This document shows positions 1 through 9,388 of a stretch of DNA of 64,000 bases, piece after piece. Under the pieces are notes generated by a model. That model was not told the origin of the DNA and did no database searches. It saw only the letters and a list, made by a program, of their open reading frames with translations. Location: assembly GCA_963555985.3 (NCBI GenBank), contig OY820591.1:672001-736000 (forward strand), written 5' to 3'. Made by a program: the position numbers and the translations under genes. Numbering within the stretch: position 1 is the stretch's first letter; each line of letters starts with the position of its first letter. The DNA is from Dehalococcoidia bacterium (lineage in GTDB: Bacteria > Chloroflexota > Dehalococcoidia > Bin125).

Positions 1-543
1 GACACCTCGCCGGTCGACTTCGCTATGCGGATGCTGCTGCTGGGCATCGGCACCTCAACCTTCAGTTCGCCGAACACATCGGTCATCATGTCTGCCGTGC
101 CGCCGCAGCGGCTGGGGACGGCCTCGGCTTCGCAAACGACGGCGCGCACCTTTGGCAACGCCTTCGGCACCTCGGTCGCGGTCGCGGTGATGGCCTCGGT
201 CGCGGCGAGCTTTGCGGCTGAGAACGGAGTCGCAGCAGACAGCGGCGAATCCGTCATCCAGGGATTCCGCACGGCGCTGCTCGTGGCTGCGCTCGTCGCC
301 TCGCCCGCGATCCTGTTGTCCTTACTGGGCGGCCAGCGCGGCGTCCGCGTGGCTGCCGAGCGAGCCGCCGACAAGGCTGCCGAAGGCGTGCAGGTCGTGC
401 GCGGGGCGATTGAGATCGAGGTCGCCCGAATGGTGCCGCTGTTCCGGGGTCAAAAGTCGGCGAACTACGGCAGGAACGGACGCAACGGTGTCGGCGCTCA
501 GCAGTCGGTGAGCTCCGCACGGGCAAGGAAAGAGTTGTCGTGA
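1..543 (+). CDS. MFS transporter (DHA2-like), C-terminal part; 5' end lies outside the window
   Basis: Frame is open from base 1; hydrophobic helices and the motif FSSPNTSVIMSAVPPQRLGTAS. Confidence 0.8.
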   Translation, partial: DTSPVDFAMRMLLLGIGTSTFSSPNTSVIMSAVPPQRLGTASASQTTARTFGNAFGTSVAVAVMASVAASFAAENGVAADSGESVIQGFRTALLVAALVASPAILLSLLGGQRGVRVAAERAADKAAEGVQVVRGAIEIEVARMVPLFRGQKSANYGRNGRNGVGAQQSVSSARARKELS

Positions 544-2009
544 CGCATGTGATCGTGGTCGGAGCGGGCAATGCGGCATTGTGCGCGGCGCTGTCGGCGC
601 GCGAGCATGGCGCTGATGTCACCGTGCTCGAAAAAGCGCCCGAAGCCGAGCGCGGTGGCAACACCTACTTCACCGGCGGCGGCTTCCGCTTTCCCTATTC
701 GGGCATCGGCGACATCCTCGAACTGATCCCGGACCTCAGCGACGCAGAACAGGCGCGTGTCGATGTCGGCGCCTACCCCGCCAGCCGGTTCCGCGACGAT
801 CTCGCCCGCGTCACCGACGGTCTGATCGACGACGGCATGGCCTCAACCCTCGTCCGCGAAGCTGCGCCCACCATCCGCTGGCTGCGAGAACGCGGCGTCC
901 GCTTCGCCTTAATGACCGGACGCCAAGCGAACGAAGTCGGCGGCAAGCTGGTCTTCTACGGTGGCCTCACTGTGGAGGCGGTCGGCGCTGGCAAGGGCCT
1001 CTCCGACCAGGAATTCGCCGCCGCCGAACGCGACGGCGTGCAGATCCGCTACGGAGCAAAGGTTGTGGACTTACTCCGCCAAGGGCGGCGCATCGCCGGC
1101 GTCAGCTTCTGGACCGACGACGAGGAAGAAGAACTGGAAGCGGACGCCGTCATCCTCGCTGCGGGCGGCTTCGAAGCCAACACCGAAATGCGCACCCGCT
1201 ACCTGGGCCCCGGCTGGGACATGGCCAAGGTGCGCGGTACCCGCTTCAACACCGGCGACGCCATTCGCGCCGCAATCGCTGCGGGCGCCCAGCCCTTCGG
1301 CAACTGGTCGGGCGCGCACGCCGTCGCCTGGGACTTGAACGCGCCCCCCACCGGAAATCGAGTCGTCGCCGACCTCTATCAGAAGCACTCATACCCCTAC
1401 GGCCTGATCGTCAATCTCAACGGCGAGCGCTTCGTGGACGAGGGCGCCGACCTGCGCAACTACACCTACGCCCGCTACGGACGCGCGATCCTCGAACAGC
1501 CCCAGCGCGTCGCCTTCCAACTGTTCGATCAGCGAACGGCGCATCTACTCCGCGACGAGTACCACGTTCGCCAGGTCACGATGGCGCAGGCCGATACGAT
1601 TGCCGACCTCGCCGAGGCGCTGGGCGTTGATGTGGTCGGGCTAAAGCAAACGATCGCCGAGTACAACGCAGCTTGCGTTGGAGGCGAGTTCAATCCATCG
1701 GCGCTCGACGGTGTGCGCACCGAGGGAATCACGCCGCCCAAGTCGAACTGGGCCTTGCCCGTTGATTCCCCACCGTATCTCGGTTTCGCCGTCACCTGCG
1801 GGATCACGTTCACCTTCGGCGGCCTCAAAATCACTCCGCGCAGCGGCCAAGTGCTCGACACCGAAGACCGTCCCATGCCCGGTCTCTACGCCGCCGGAGA
1901 ACTGGTCGGCGGACTGTTCTATAACAACTACGCGGGCGGTTCCGGATTGATGGCCGGCAGCGTCTTCGGCCGGATCGCGGGAAGGAGCGCAGCACGTGCA
2001 AATACCTGA
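540..2009 (+). CDS. tcuA: FAD-dependent tricarballylate dehydrogenase TcuA-like flavoprotein
   Basis: VIVVGAGNAALCAA FAD motif, RGGNTYFTGG, RGTRFNTGD, ITFTFGGL, GLYAAGELVGGLFYNNY. Confidence 0.8.
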   Translation: MTHVIVVGAGNAALCAALSAREHGADVTVLEKAPEAERGGNTYFTGGGFRFPYSGIGDILELIPDLSDAEQARVDVGAYPASRFRDDLARVTDGLIDDGMASTLVREAAPTIRWLRERGVRFALMTGRQANEVGGKLVFYGGLTVEAVGAGKGLSDQEFAAAERDGVQIRYGAKVVDLLRQGRRIAGVSFWTDDEEEELEADAVILAAGGFEANTEMRTRYLGPGWDMAKVRGTRFNTGDAIRAAIAAGAQPFGNWSGAHAVAWDLNAPPTGNRVVADLYQKHSYPYGLIVNLNGERFVDEGADLRNYTYARYGRAILEQPQRVAFQLFDQRTAHLLRDEYHVRQVTMAQADTIADLAEALGVDVVGLKQTIAEYNAACVGGEFNPSALDGVRTEGITPPKSNWALPVDSPPYLGFAVTCGITFTFGGLKITPRSGQVLDTEDRPMPGLYAAGELVGGLFYNNYAGGSGLMAGSVFGRIAGRSAARANT

Positions 2010-2736
2010 CCGAGCCCAAGCGCTGCTGCGAGAGATCATCGATTCGCCGGACGTGCTGATGACCCCGGCCCTGCGTCGCATCGCGCGGCGTGAGGCGCGC
2101 GCCTTGAAATCCGCGACCGGCGAAGAGGTGTTGGAGCTCTGCAATGAACTGATCGAGCACGGCGGCAGCGGCCGGGTGCGCCGAGCCGAACACGGCCCCG
2201 CCTACGAATCCAGAATGGTGGCGTTCGAACTGGGCGCAATGCACCGTGAGGCGTTCGCCCTCTTGAACTGGCGCGAACTGGAGCGCCTGGGCCGCACCCT
2301 AGACGGCTGGGCCTCTGTCGATCACTTCGCCCGCAAACTCAGCGGCCCCGCCTGGCAGCTCGGCCAGATCACCGACGCCCGCATCATGCGCTGGGCCACC
2401 TCCACCGACTTCTGGTGGAGACGGGCCGGGCTGGTCTCCACCATCGCTCTGAACGAGCGCCACTTAGGCCGCGGCGACGCCGCCCGCACCCTCACCATCT
2501 GCGAACTCTTCATCGACGACCGCGCCGATCTCCACGTCAAAGCCCTCAGCTGGGCGCTGCGCGAGCTCGCCTTGCGAGACCCCGAAGCAGTGATCGAGTT
2601 CCTCCTGCTCCGCGAAGACCGCCTGGCCCCGAGAGTCCGACGCGAGGTCCGAAACAAACTCACCACCGGTCACAAGCTGGCAAAGCCGTCCGAAGCAATG
2701 CAACGCCGGATGGCTGCGCGTCGATCTAGCGATTGA
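1996..2736 (+). CDS. DNA alkylation repair protein (AlkD-like HEAT-repeat glycosylase family)
   Basis: W..VD, W..S.D.WWRRA, KALSWALREL, REVRNKL motifs. Confidence 0.75.
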   Translation: MQIPDRAQALLREIIDSPDVLMTPALRRIARREARALKSATGEEVLELCNELIEHGGSGRVRRAEHGPAYESRMVAFELGAMHREAFALLNWRELERLGRTLDGWASVDHFARKLSGPAWQLGQITDARIMRWATSTDFWWRRAGLVSTIALNERHLGRGDAARTLTICELFIDDRADLHVKALSWALRELALRDPEAVIEFLLLREDRLAPRVRREVRNKLTTGHKLAKPSEAMQRRMAARRSSD

Positions 2737-3211
2737 GGATCAGGGAAACGCTCAGTGGATCGTATGAAAGGTTGAGCTCGAAGTGTTGCAACACGTCTCG
2801 TCCCAGCAGCGAGGGCATTTCCCAATACGACTGCCCTCGTCGGAGTCTTCTCACTGGTTCCGCGACCAGGATCGGTTGGGCAAAGTGATACGCTTCGCCG
2901 TCCGCGTCGGTGAACCCTAGACCGACGCGTTGGACGAGACATCGCAGGGTGGCGTTGCCGAGGCCGGTCACACTGACCGCATCGCGGCGCTGATTGATCT
3001 GAGGATCTTCGTCCCAAACGCCAAGCAACACGCGGCCTGCTTCCGATTGCAAGATGGTGTAGTCCGCGCCCGTATCGATCATGAAGGAGTGTTCGAGCCG
3101 CTGTCGGCCAAGCATCACACGGACGCGGATATACGGCGCGGATAGAGCAGACAGTGTGGGGTGTGGCGCGACACCGGTGGGGTGAAAGTACCCGGGTAGG
3201 CGGCGTCTCAC
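2726..3211 (-). CDS. Retropepsin-like (clan AA) aspartyl protease
   Basis: FMIDTGADYT catalytic motif and SLLGRDVL; the GTG start overlaps the upstream stop (GTGA). Confidence 0.75.
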   Translation of the reverse strand: MRRRLPGYFHPTGVAPHPTLSALSAPYIRVRVMLGRQRLEHSFMIDTGADYTILQSEAGRVLLGVWDEDPQINQRRDAVSVTGLGNATLRCLVQRVGLGFTDADGEAYHFAQPILVAEPVRRLRRGQSYWEMPSLLGRDVLQHFELNLSYDPLSVSLILNR

Positions 3212-3516
3212 AGCGCCCACGCAGTGCCGGGTTCTCGCTGACCATGAAAGAGCGCGGCAGCGCGTTGAATCTCAGGCAACGACATGAGCAACTGATGCAA
3301 CTCCTCAGGATCGGAACAGCCGCAGACTCTCTTGCCGCCGTCGTAGACGACGACCATTTGGCCGGGAAAACGCTCGAACAGCTCGAGTTCGTGCGCCAGG
3401 AAATACTCCAGATTGGCTTGACTCTCGCGCGTGATCGCGCGGCTGTCTTCGTAATCCGGATCAGACGGCTCCAGCTGGCGAATCTCGAATGGGATCGGTT
3501 CCACTGCTTCGGACAT
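3208..3516 (-). CDS. Small DUF5678-like protein coupled to the aspartyl protease
   Basis: ELFERFPGQMVVVYDGG..V..SDPEEL pattern; translationally coupled to the protease. Confidence 0.55.
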   Translation of the reverse strand: MSEAVEPIPFEIRQLEPSDPDYEDSRAITRESQANLEYFLAHELELFERFPGQMVVVYDGGKRVCGCSDPEELHQLLMSLPEIQRAAALFHGQREPGTAWAL

Positions 3517-3546
3517 GATCGACTCCGAGCTCTCAGCCTAGCGAGC

Positions 3547-5100
3547 TCAGATGCATGTCGGCCAACTGGCCAACTCCTTCGTTTCACCTCGTCTGGGAGG
3601 CGTCACCGGGAACCGCTGCACCGCCTCCAGCAACCAACTGCGCGTATCCGCCGGATCAATGATCTCATCCAGATTCATGATGCCGGCGGCGCCCCATGGC
3701 TCATGGCCCAAAGTCCATTCAGCGATCAGGCGCTGACGTTCGGCGTCGGGGTCGGCAGCGTTGGCAATGTCTCGCGCGTGCACGACGTTGACGCCGACGC
3801 CTGGGTCCATGAACGAGATCTCCGCCCCCGGCCAGGCGGTGACCAGGGAGTTATCCATGCTGTTGCCCGAGAGCGAGAAGTAGGCCAGCCCGAATGCTTT
3901 GCGCAGCACGACGGTCATGCGCGGGACGGTCATCAGCGCAAGCGCCTCCATGAACATGATCGCTTTATGCAGCAGCCGCGCATGTTCGGGCTGAGAGCCG
4001 ACGATGAAGCCGGGCACGTCCTGCAACCAGATCGTGGGGATGTTGAAGGCCTCGCACATGCAGACGAACTGCGTGCCCTTGTCGCAGGTGTTGGGGTCGA
4101 GCGCGCCGGCGTTGAACATCGGATTGCTGGCGAGAATGCCGACCGTCTGTCCGCCGATCCGCGCAAGCGCCGTGATCAAACTGCGACCGAAACGCGGCTT
4201 GAGTTCAAGCATCTCTCCGTCATCGACCAGCCGCGTGATCACGCGGTGCATGTCGTAGGCGCGCTGACGGCGAGTGGGTACGAGGTTGGCAATGGCCGGA
4301 TCGTGCTCGGCGTAGTCGTAGCCCGCGCGGATTGGAGGCGTTTCCCAACAGTTGGAGGGCATGTAGGAGAGGAACGACTTGATCTGCTCGATCGCTTCGT
4401 CTTCCGTGTCCGCCGATACGTCGATCTGGCCCGTGAGGTCCAGATGGATGTCGACGCCGCCGAGCTCCTGCAATGTGATCAGCTCGCCGGTGGCGATCTC
4501 GATCACACGCGGCGAAGAGACGTTGAGCGCCGAGCCTCGTACCTGGACGGTGAAGTCGGAATAGGCGCTGTGGAAGCTGGAACCGCCAAAGGACTCGCCC
4601 ACGATGGCGGTGGCCATCGGAATCCGCCGCCGCCGCCGGGCGGACTCGATGCCCGGCGGGATCTTGCTGAAACCTTCAGAGCCAAGAGCGTCGGGCAAGC
4701 GCGCGCCGCCGGTCTCGCCGAAGTAGACGTACGGCACGCCCTGCTTGAGCGCCTGCTCGTAGATCCGCTTCATCCGCTTGCCGCCCACGACCGAGGAGGA
4801 GCCATGCAGCACGGTCACGTCGTCGCCGCAGCCGGTGGCGGGCCGGCCGTCGATTTTGCCCCAACCGCCAATCTTGCCGTCGCCGGGCGTACGGTCGCGG
4901 ACATCGGGGACCTCGGAGAAGGCAAAGGTGCCGATCTCGCGGAAGCTGCCGGGGTCGAAGAGCTTGTCAAGCCGCTCGCGGATCGTCATCCGCCCCTTCG
5001 CGTGCTGGCGAGCGATCCGCTCGGGCGAACCCATCTCGGAGACGATCTTCTGCCGCCGCATGAGGAGGTCTTCACGGATCGCTTGGGGTGACAGTGGCAT
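3547..5100 (-). CDS. Acyl-CoA carboxylase carboxyltransferase (beta) subunit
   Basis: RQHAKGRMTIRERL, D.TVLHGS, ETGGARL, LQDVPGF, LRKAFG, DEIIDPADTR. Confidence 0.9.
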   Translation of the reverse strand: MPLSPQAIREDLLMRRQKIVSEMGSPERIARQHAKGRMTIRERLDKLFDPGSFREIGTFAFSEVPDVRDRTPGDGKIGGWGKIDGRPATGCGDDVTVLHGSSSVVGGKRMKRIYEQALKQGVPYVYFGETGGARLPDALGSEGFSKIPPGIESARRRRRIPMATAIVGESFGGSSFHSAYSDFTVQVRGSALNVSSPRVIEIATGELITLQELGGVDIHLDLTGQIDVSADTEDEAIEQIKSFLSYMPSNCWETPPIRAGYDYAEHDPAIANLVPTRRQRAYDMHRVITRLVDDGEMLELKPRFGRSLITALARIGGQTVGILASNPMFNAGALDPNTCDKGTQFVCMCEAFNIPTIWLQDVPGFIVGSQPEHARLLHKAIMFMEALALMTVPRMTVVLRKAFGLAYFSLSGNSMDNSLVTAWPGAEISFMDPGVGVNVVHARDIANAADPDAERQRLIAEWTLGHEPWGAAGIMNLDEIIDPADTRSWLLEAVQRFPVTPPRRGETKELASWPTCI

Positions 5101-5360
5101 CGAACGCTCCCTCTTGCAGATTGCAGGCCGAGTCTAGGGGCGGCTTTACCGCTTGGGACAGCGAGCAGCGATGGCCTGTTGGCGTGGGTTGGGCGAGCGC
5201 TGTTCGGGGGAGAGATTGTTCGGCGTGCGATGGGTGGATAGCGGAAATTTTTTCGGGCGAGTCTGGTGGAGGAAACCCAGTGTTTTACGGGAGATCGTGT
5301 GATCTGGGTGGTAGGCGGTGGTTAGTCCTGGAAAGCCTGGGTGTTTCGATTCCGATCGAA

Positions 5361-5408
5361 TTTGTTTCATTTTGTTTCATTTTGTTTCGCCTTGTTTCGC
5401 TTTGTTCG
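5361..5408. repeat. 10-bp tandem repeat (TTTGTTTCRY) x~5
   Basis: TTTGTTTCAT TTTGTTTCAT TTTGTTTCGC CTTGTTTCGC TTTGTTCG read directly. Confidence 0.9.
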
Positions 5409-5468
5409 GGTCTGGTCGGCGCCGTTCGGGTCTGGTTTGATGGTGTCGGGAGCGGGTTCCCGCGTTCG

Positions 5469-5632
5469 GAGGCCTTTGCGAAAGCCCAGCTTGTGCGGCT
5501 AATGCCTTGGAGGAGCGGATCGCGCGATGGGAGGTCGGTGGTACGACCAGATTGGGAGTGACTTCACACTTGGTTGCTTCGAGATTCCCGCCTGCGCGGG
5601 AATGACGGAAACGGGAGTTATGCATCGGTCTC
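5469..5632. mobile_element. MITE copy 1 (~164 bp) with IS5/IS1106-like terminal inverted repeats
   Basis: Ends GAGGCCTTTGCGAAA and TTATGCATCGGTCTC; the interior is largely shared with 30490-30652 and carries GATTCCCGCCTGCGCGGGAATGACG. Confidence 0.75.
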
Positions 5633-5833
5633 CGCGAGCGGAGCTTCGGGGAACTTGGTGGGGGGTTCGAGGCCGAGGACGTGGCGGATCTCTCTGCTCT
5701 TGGGGTTGGCGGGGGAGAGTTCTCGGAGCAGGGTGTTGAGCGCGTTGACGCGGGTGTAGGCGTGTTCGTTGGAGTTGGCGATCTGGGCGACTTCGGTCAT
5801 GACGTCGCGGTAGCTGTAGGGGAAGGGAGTCAT
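5618..5833 (-). CDS. Small hypothetical protein, paralogue of 52352-52708; C-terminus truncated by the MITE
   Basis: LLRELSPANPKSREIRHVLGLEP matches LLIRELSPSNSKSREIHHALDLEP; AAAGGAA RBS; the last codons and stop are the MITE TIR. Confidence 0.7.
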   Translation of the reverse strand: MTPFPYSYRDVMTEVAQIANSNEHAYTRVNALNTLLRELSPANPKSREIRHVLGLEPPTKFPEAPLAETDA

Positions 5834-5935
5834 TGGGGTAGTTCCTTTCCGTTGGAACTGGCGTTTGGCGTAGATGGCCGATTATATATGGATGGATGTT
5901 CGGGTAGGTAATTTTGGTGTGTGTTGTGGTTGGCA

Positions 5936-6145
5936 GAGGGTTGGGTGCTGGTCACGGCGAGATACCCGCGACGGGGCGCGGGTATGACGGAACTTGTTTG
6001 GGGCGGGTATGCCAGGGAGAGGCGGACCCCCCTCTCTGTCGCTGCGCGACATCTCCCCCCGCAGTGCGGGGGGAGAGAGGATCGGGACTTCTGCAAACGT
6101 CTCCCTGCGCGGGAATGACGGATATGGGGATTTTGCACAGGTCTT
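5936..6145. repeat. Cluster of palindromic repeats and MITE right ends
   Basis: GAGATACCCGCG-N4-GGCGCGGGTATGACGG (5959-5990); double hairpin CCCCCTCT..CTCCCCCC..GGGGGGAGA (6027-6078); TIR-like ends at 6089-6103 and 6131-6145. Confidence 0.8.
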
Positions 6146-6163
6146 CAATAGCGTGAGCAGACA

Positions 6164-9100
6164 CTACGGTAGCTGGATTTGGATCGTCTCGCTTGTGGCG
6201 GTTCGTAAGAGCCAGGCTTCCGAGACTGTGATTCCGACTGAATGCAGCATCTGTGCATAGGTTTGGAGTTGGGCTTCGTAGCCGCGCAGACGGTCTGCTC
6301 GAAGCTCATGATCCGACTTGTAATCGACCAGTACCCAGCGATCGGACTTGCGGAACAACAGATCGGCGATCCCTTCGGTGATGGTCGTAGTGTCCGTGTC
6401 GTCACTCTGAATTGTTGTCAGCGGCAGTTCTCGATGGACTTCGTCGGCGCTTCGGGCTCGTTCTATGAGTTCGCTCGCCAGCGCTCGTCGCACATGCGCC
6501 AGCACTTCGTGCGGGGGGATTCCATGCGCTGCGCAGATCCGCCGCGTTCGCTCTTCCGTGAGCGCGTGGTCGTCGAAATGGGCAAGCTCCATCGCGGCGT
6601 GGATTGCGGTACCAATGGCCAGCGGGTCAGAGCGCGGCGGCAGGCCGGCATCGCTTTCGTCTAGCTCTTCGCCGGGTGACTCTCTTGTCCACTTCGCAAG
6701 ATCGTCGGCGAGACCGGAGGGTGTTCGAGCCACCGTGCGCGGATCACCCTTGACGAGTGCATCTTCGCGGAGTCGGCGCCACTGCTGAGTCAACTCCGCA
6801 TGAGCAACCGGCGCCTCAGACTGCGGCGGGGCATGAATCGCGTCGAACTGTTCGGGTGCGAATACCTGAATCGCTGGATCCGCGCCTCGCAATTGCCAGC
6901 CGGGAGCGGCTTCATCGAGGAAACCGCGGAAGCTATCGCTGTTGCCCATCGTCTGCGCCTGGAAGGAGGTCAGGATCAGCCAATCCCGCGCCCGCGTGCA
7001 GGCGACGTAGAGCATCCGCCGCGCTTCCGCGTCGGCGTAGGCTTCATCTCGGCGTTCTGCTTCGCCGATGCCGGGCGTCGCAAACTGCGTGTCTCGTCCC
7101 AGCCGATAGGCGGCCCGCCCGTTGGGCCGATCGACGATGAAGCGAGTCCCGCCGAAGGGCCGATCGGACAGCTTGGGCAGGATCACGATCGGAAACTCCA
7201 GTCCCTTCGCCTGGTGGATCGTGAGGATGCGAACCGCGTCGTCGTCGGCCTCGCTGGTTGGCGACTCCGATTCGGGCAAGTTCCGGCCTTGGCGCTGCGA
7301 GAGCCAACGGACGAAGGGCCGGAGAGTGTCGGCCTCGCTGTTCGCAAAGTCACTGGCGCGCTGTACCAACATCCGTAGGTTTGCCTGTCGCTCGGCGCTG
7401 TCTGCGCCGCTCAGCATCTGCGCCTCCAGCAAGCCGGACCGCCGAATCACATGCTCGACGATCTGCGGCAGCGGCAGATCACGCACTGAGATGCGCAGAT
7501 GGGCAAGTTCCTCGATCCGGTCGCGGAGCCGGCCGTCGTACGCGGATGGGATCGTTACAGGATCCAGCAGCAACGCAGCGCGCGAACGCTGATCGGCATG
7601 AACGAATTCGAACAGTTCCTGATCGGAAGCCGCGACCAGCGGCGACTTGAGCACGGCGAGCGCCGCCACCTCGTCGGTGGGATCGTCAAGAGCCTGCAAA
7701 AGATGCGCCGCCGCCCGGATTTCGGGCCGCTGGTAGAACCCCTGGCCGCTATCGAAGTGGTAGGGAATCCCCGCGTTATTGAGAGCATCGGTGTAGTGCG
7801 AGATGCCGGTTCGGGTGCGGATCAGGATGGCGATCTCGCGCAGTGCGGGCGGCCGTGCCGCGTCATCGCTTGAGATCCGGCCCAACTCTGAACGTCCTTC
7901 GATGAGATGTGCGATCAAGCGAGCAGTCAGCTCGCCCTCGTCTTTTCGCGCCGCATCAACGCGCGGATATTCCGACCGAGAGACGATGCTCACCACGCCG
8001 CCGCCGCTGTCTTGGCGGTGTGGTTCGATTGGCTGGAACGACGCTTGCGCGCGTGGATACGCAGGGTCGCTGCTGAGCACTGCGCTCAGGCTGCGATTCT
8101 GCCAGTCGGCCAGATTTGGGCGTGCGCGGAAGTTGACGCGCAGCCGCTCGATCGCGGCGGTTCCGGGCGCTGTCTCACTCGCGCGACGGAAGAGCTCTCG
8201 AACCTCTTCGTAGGTGTCGATATCCGCGCGCCGGAATCGGTAGACGGACTGCTTGGGATCACCGACTAGCACGAGCCGTCCCGGTCCGGGCTCAGCCTCG
8301 CGCCAGTTCGCCGTGTCTTCACGTGCGGTGAGCAAGAGTACGATCTCCGCCTGGAGCGGGTCCGTGTCCTGAAACTCGTCCACAAGGATGCTGTCGAAGC
8401 GCTTCCGAAGCGCTCTGCGGGCTCCGGGATGTTGCACCAGTAGATCGCGAGCTTCGAGCAGGAGGTCGTCATAGCTCAGGACGCCTTGCTGCCGCCGTTG
8501 GGCAGCGTCTTCGATGACGAGCTCTCGCAGTGCAGCGGTGAGCTCGGCCAAGGTGTTGTCACGGATTCGGCTGAGCAGCCCGTCGCGCCAATCGCGCAGG
8601 GCAAACCAGCGCTCACGGATCGCTGCGCGATCCGGATTATGGGCCGCGGGCGCGCCGCGAACATCGAGCGCTGCCAATCGCGGCCCAAGTTCATTCGGCT
8701 CGGTCTCACGGCAACGCCGGAGATGGGCAAGGATTCGCTCGGCTGCACTGGAATTCGAGGGCGAGTGACGACGGCAGGCAGCGACGATCTTCTCAGCTTC
8801 CTGCTCAGCGCGTTCGAGTTCATCATCGAGATTCGTCGGTTCTTCGCTTGCCGGAACCGGATCGAGATCGCGGTTGCGGGTCATGTGCTCAGCGGCGGCC
8901 TGGAGGTCTTGCAACTCGAGACCGAGACTGAGCGCGCGCTGAATCGCCGTCTGCGCTGATGCGCCGGCGTCGGACCAGAGCCACGCTCGCCAGGACTGCC
9001 GGAAGCGCAAGTCGGTCTGAAGCTGATCGAGCACGCGAAAGTTCGGATCGAGGCGGGCGTCGAGCGCGCACTCGCGCAGGAGCATCGCGGCAAAGGCGTG

Positions 9101-9388
9101 CACGGTCGAGATCTGGGCCGCTTCCACCTCTCTCACGGCCTCGGCTAGACCGGCCCGTGCGAGTTCTCGTCGAATCCGCTCGCGCAACTCGCTCGCCGCC
9201 TTCTCGGTGAAGGTGATGGCCACGATCCGCTTGAGCGAGAGACCATGACGGGCCATTTCGACCACGCGCGACACCAGCACGCTGGTCTTGCCGGTTCCCG
9301 CTCCGGCTTCCAGGAAGAACGAGGTGTCCAACTCGTGAATTATGCGCTGGCGAACATCATCGTCAACAGGCGGGGCATCATCGCTCAT
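6164..9388 (-). CDS. addA: AddA-type UvrD helicase / RecB-like nuclease
   Basis: EAGAGTGKT Walker A, AITFTEKAA, VDEFQDT, VGDPKQS.YRFR, TIHQAKGLEF, YVACTRA, C-terminal G.ADL..VDYK. Confidence 0.9.
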   Translation of the reverse strand: MSDDAPPVDDDVRQRIIHELDTSFFLEAGAGTGKTSVLVSRVVEMARHGLSLKRIVAITFTEKAASELRERIRRELARAGLAEAVREVEAAQISTVHAFAAMLLRECALDARLDPNFRVLDQLQTDLRFRQSWRAWLWSDAGASAQTAIQRALSLGLELQDLQAAAEHMTRNRDLDPVPASEEPTNLDDELERAEQEAEKIVAACRRHSPSNSSAAERILAHLRRCRETEPNELGPRLAALDVRGAPAAHNPDRAAIRERWFALRDWRDGLLSRIRDNTLAELTAALRELVIEDAAQRRQQGVLSYDDLLLEARDLLVQHPGARRALRKRFDSILVDEFQDTDPLQAEIVLLLTAREDTANWREAEPGPGRLVLVGDPKQSVYRFRRADIDTYEEVRELFRRASETAPGTAAIERLRVNFRARPNLADWQNRSLSAVLSSDPAYPRAQASFQPIEPHRQDSGGGVVSIVSRSEYPRVDAARKDEGELTARLIAHLIEGRSELGRISSDDAARPPALREIAILIRTRTGISHYTDALNNAGIPYHFDSGQGFYQRPEIRAAAHLLQALDDPTDEVAALAVLKSPLVAASDQELFEFVHADQRSRAALLLDPVTIPSAYDGRLRDRIEELAHLRISVRDLPLPQIVEHVIRRSGLLEAQMLSGADSAERQANLRMLVQRASDFANSEADTLRPFVRWLSQRQGRNLPESESPTSEADDDAVRILTIHQAKGLEFPIVILPKLSDRPFGGTRFIVDRPNGRAAYRLGRDTQFATPGIGEAERRDEAYADAEARRMLYVACTRARDWLILTSFQAQTMGNSDSFRGFLDEAAPGWQLRGADPAIQVFAPEQFDAIHAPPQSEAPVAHAELTQQWRRLREDALVKGDPRTVARTPSGLADDLAKWTRESPGEELDESDAGLPPRSDPLAIGTAIHAAMELAHFDDHALTEERTRRICAAHGIPPHEVLAHVRRALASELIERARSADEVHRELPLTTIQSDDTDTTTITEGIADLLFRKSDRWVLVDYKSDHELRADRLRGYEAQLQTYAQMLHSVGITVSEAWLLRTATSETIQIQLP

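Noticed and set aside
3154-5091. 645-aa plus-strand ORF
   Set aside because: Antisense shadow of the carboxyltransferase and upstream genes; no motifs, and typical of high-GC codon bias.
5510-5615. Diversity-generating retroelement TR/VR pair with 30530-30635
   Set aside because: Differences are not adenine-specific, there is no reverse transcriptase, and the duplication is explained by MITE copies.
5361-6145. Possible CRISPR array in the repeat clusters (also 30.4 kb and 52.8-53.1 kb)
   Set aside because: No identical repeats with regular unique spacers, and no cas genes; these are palindromic REP/MITE mosaics.
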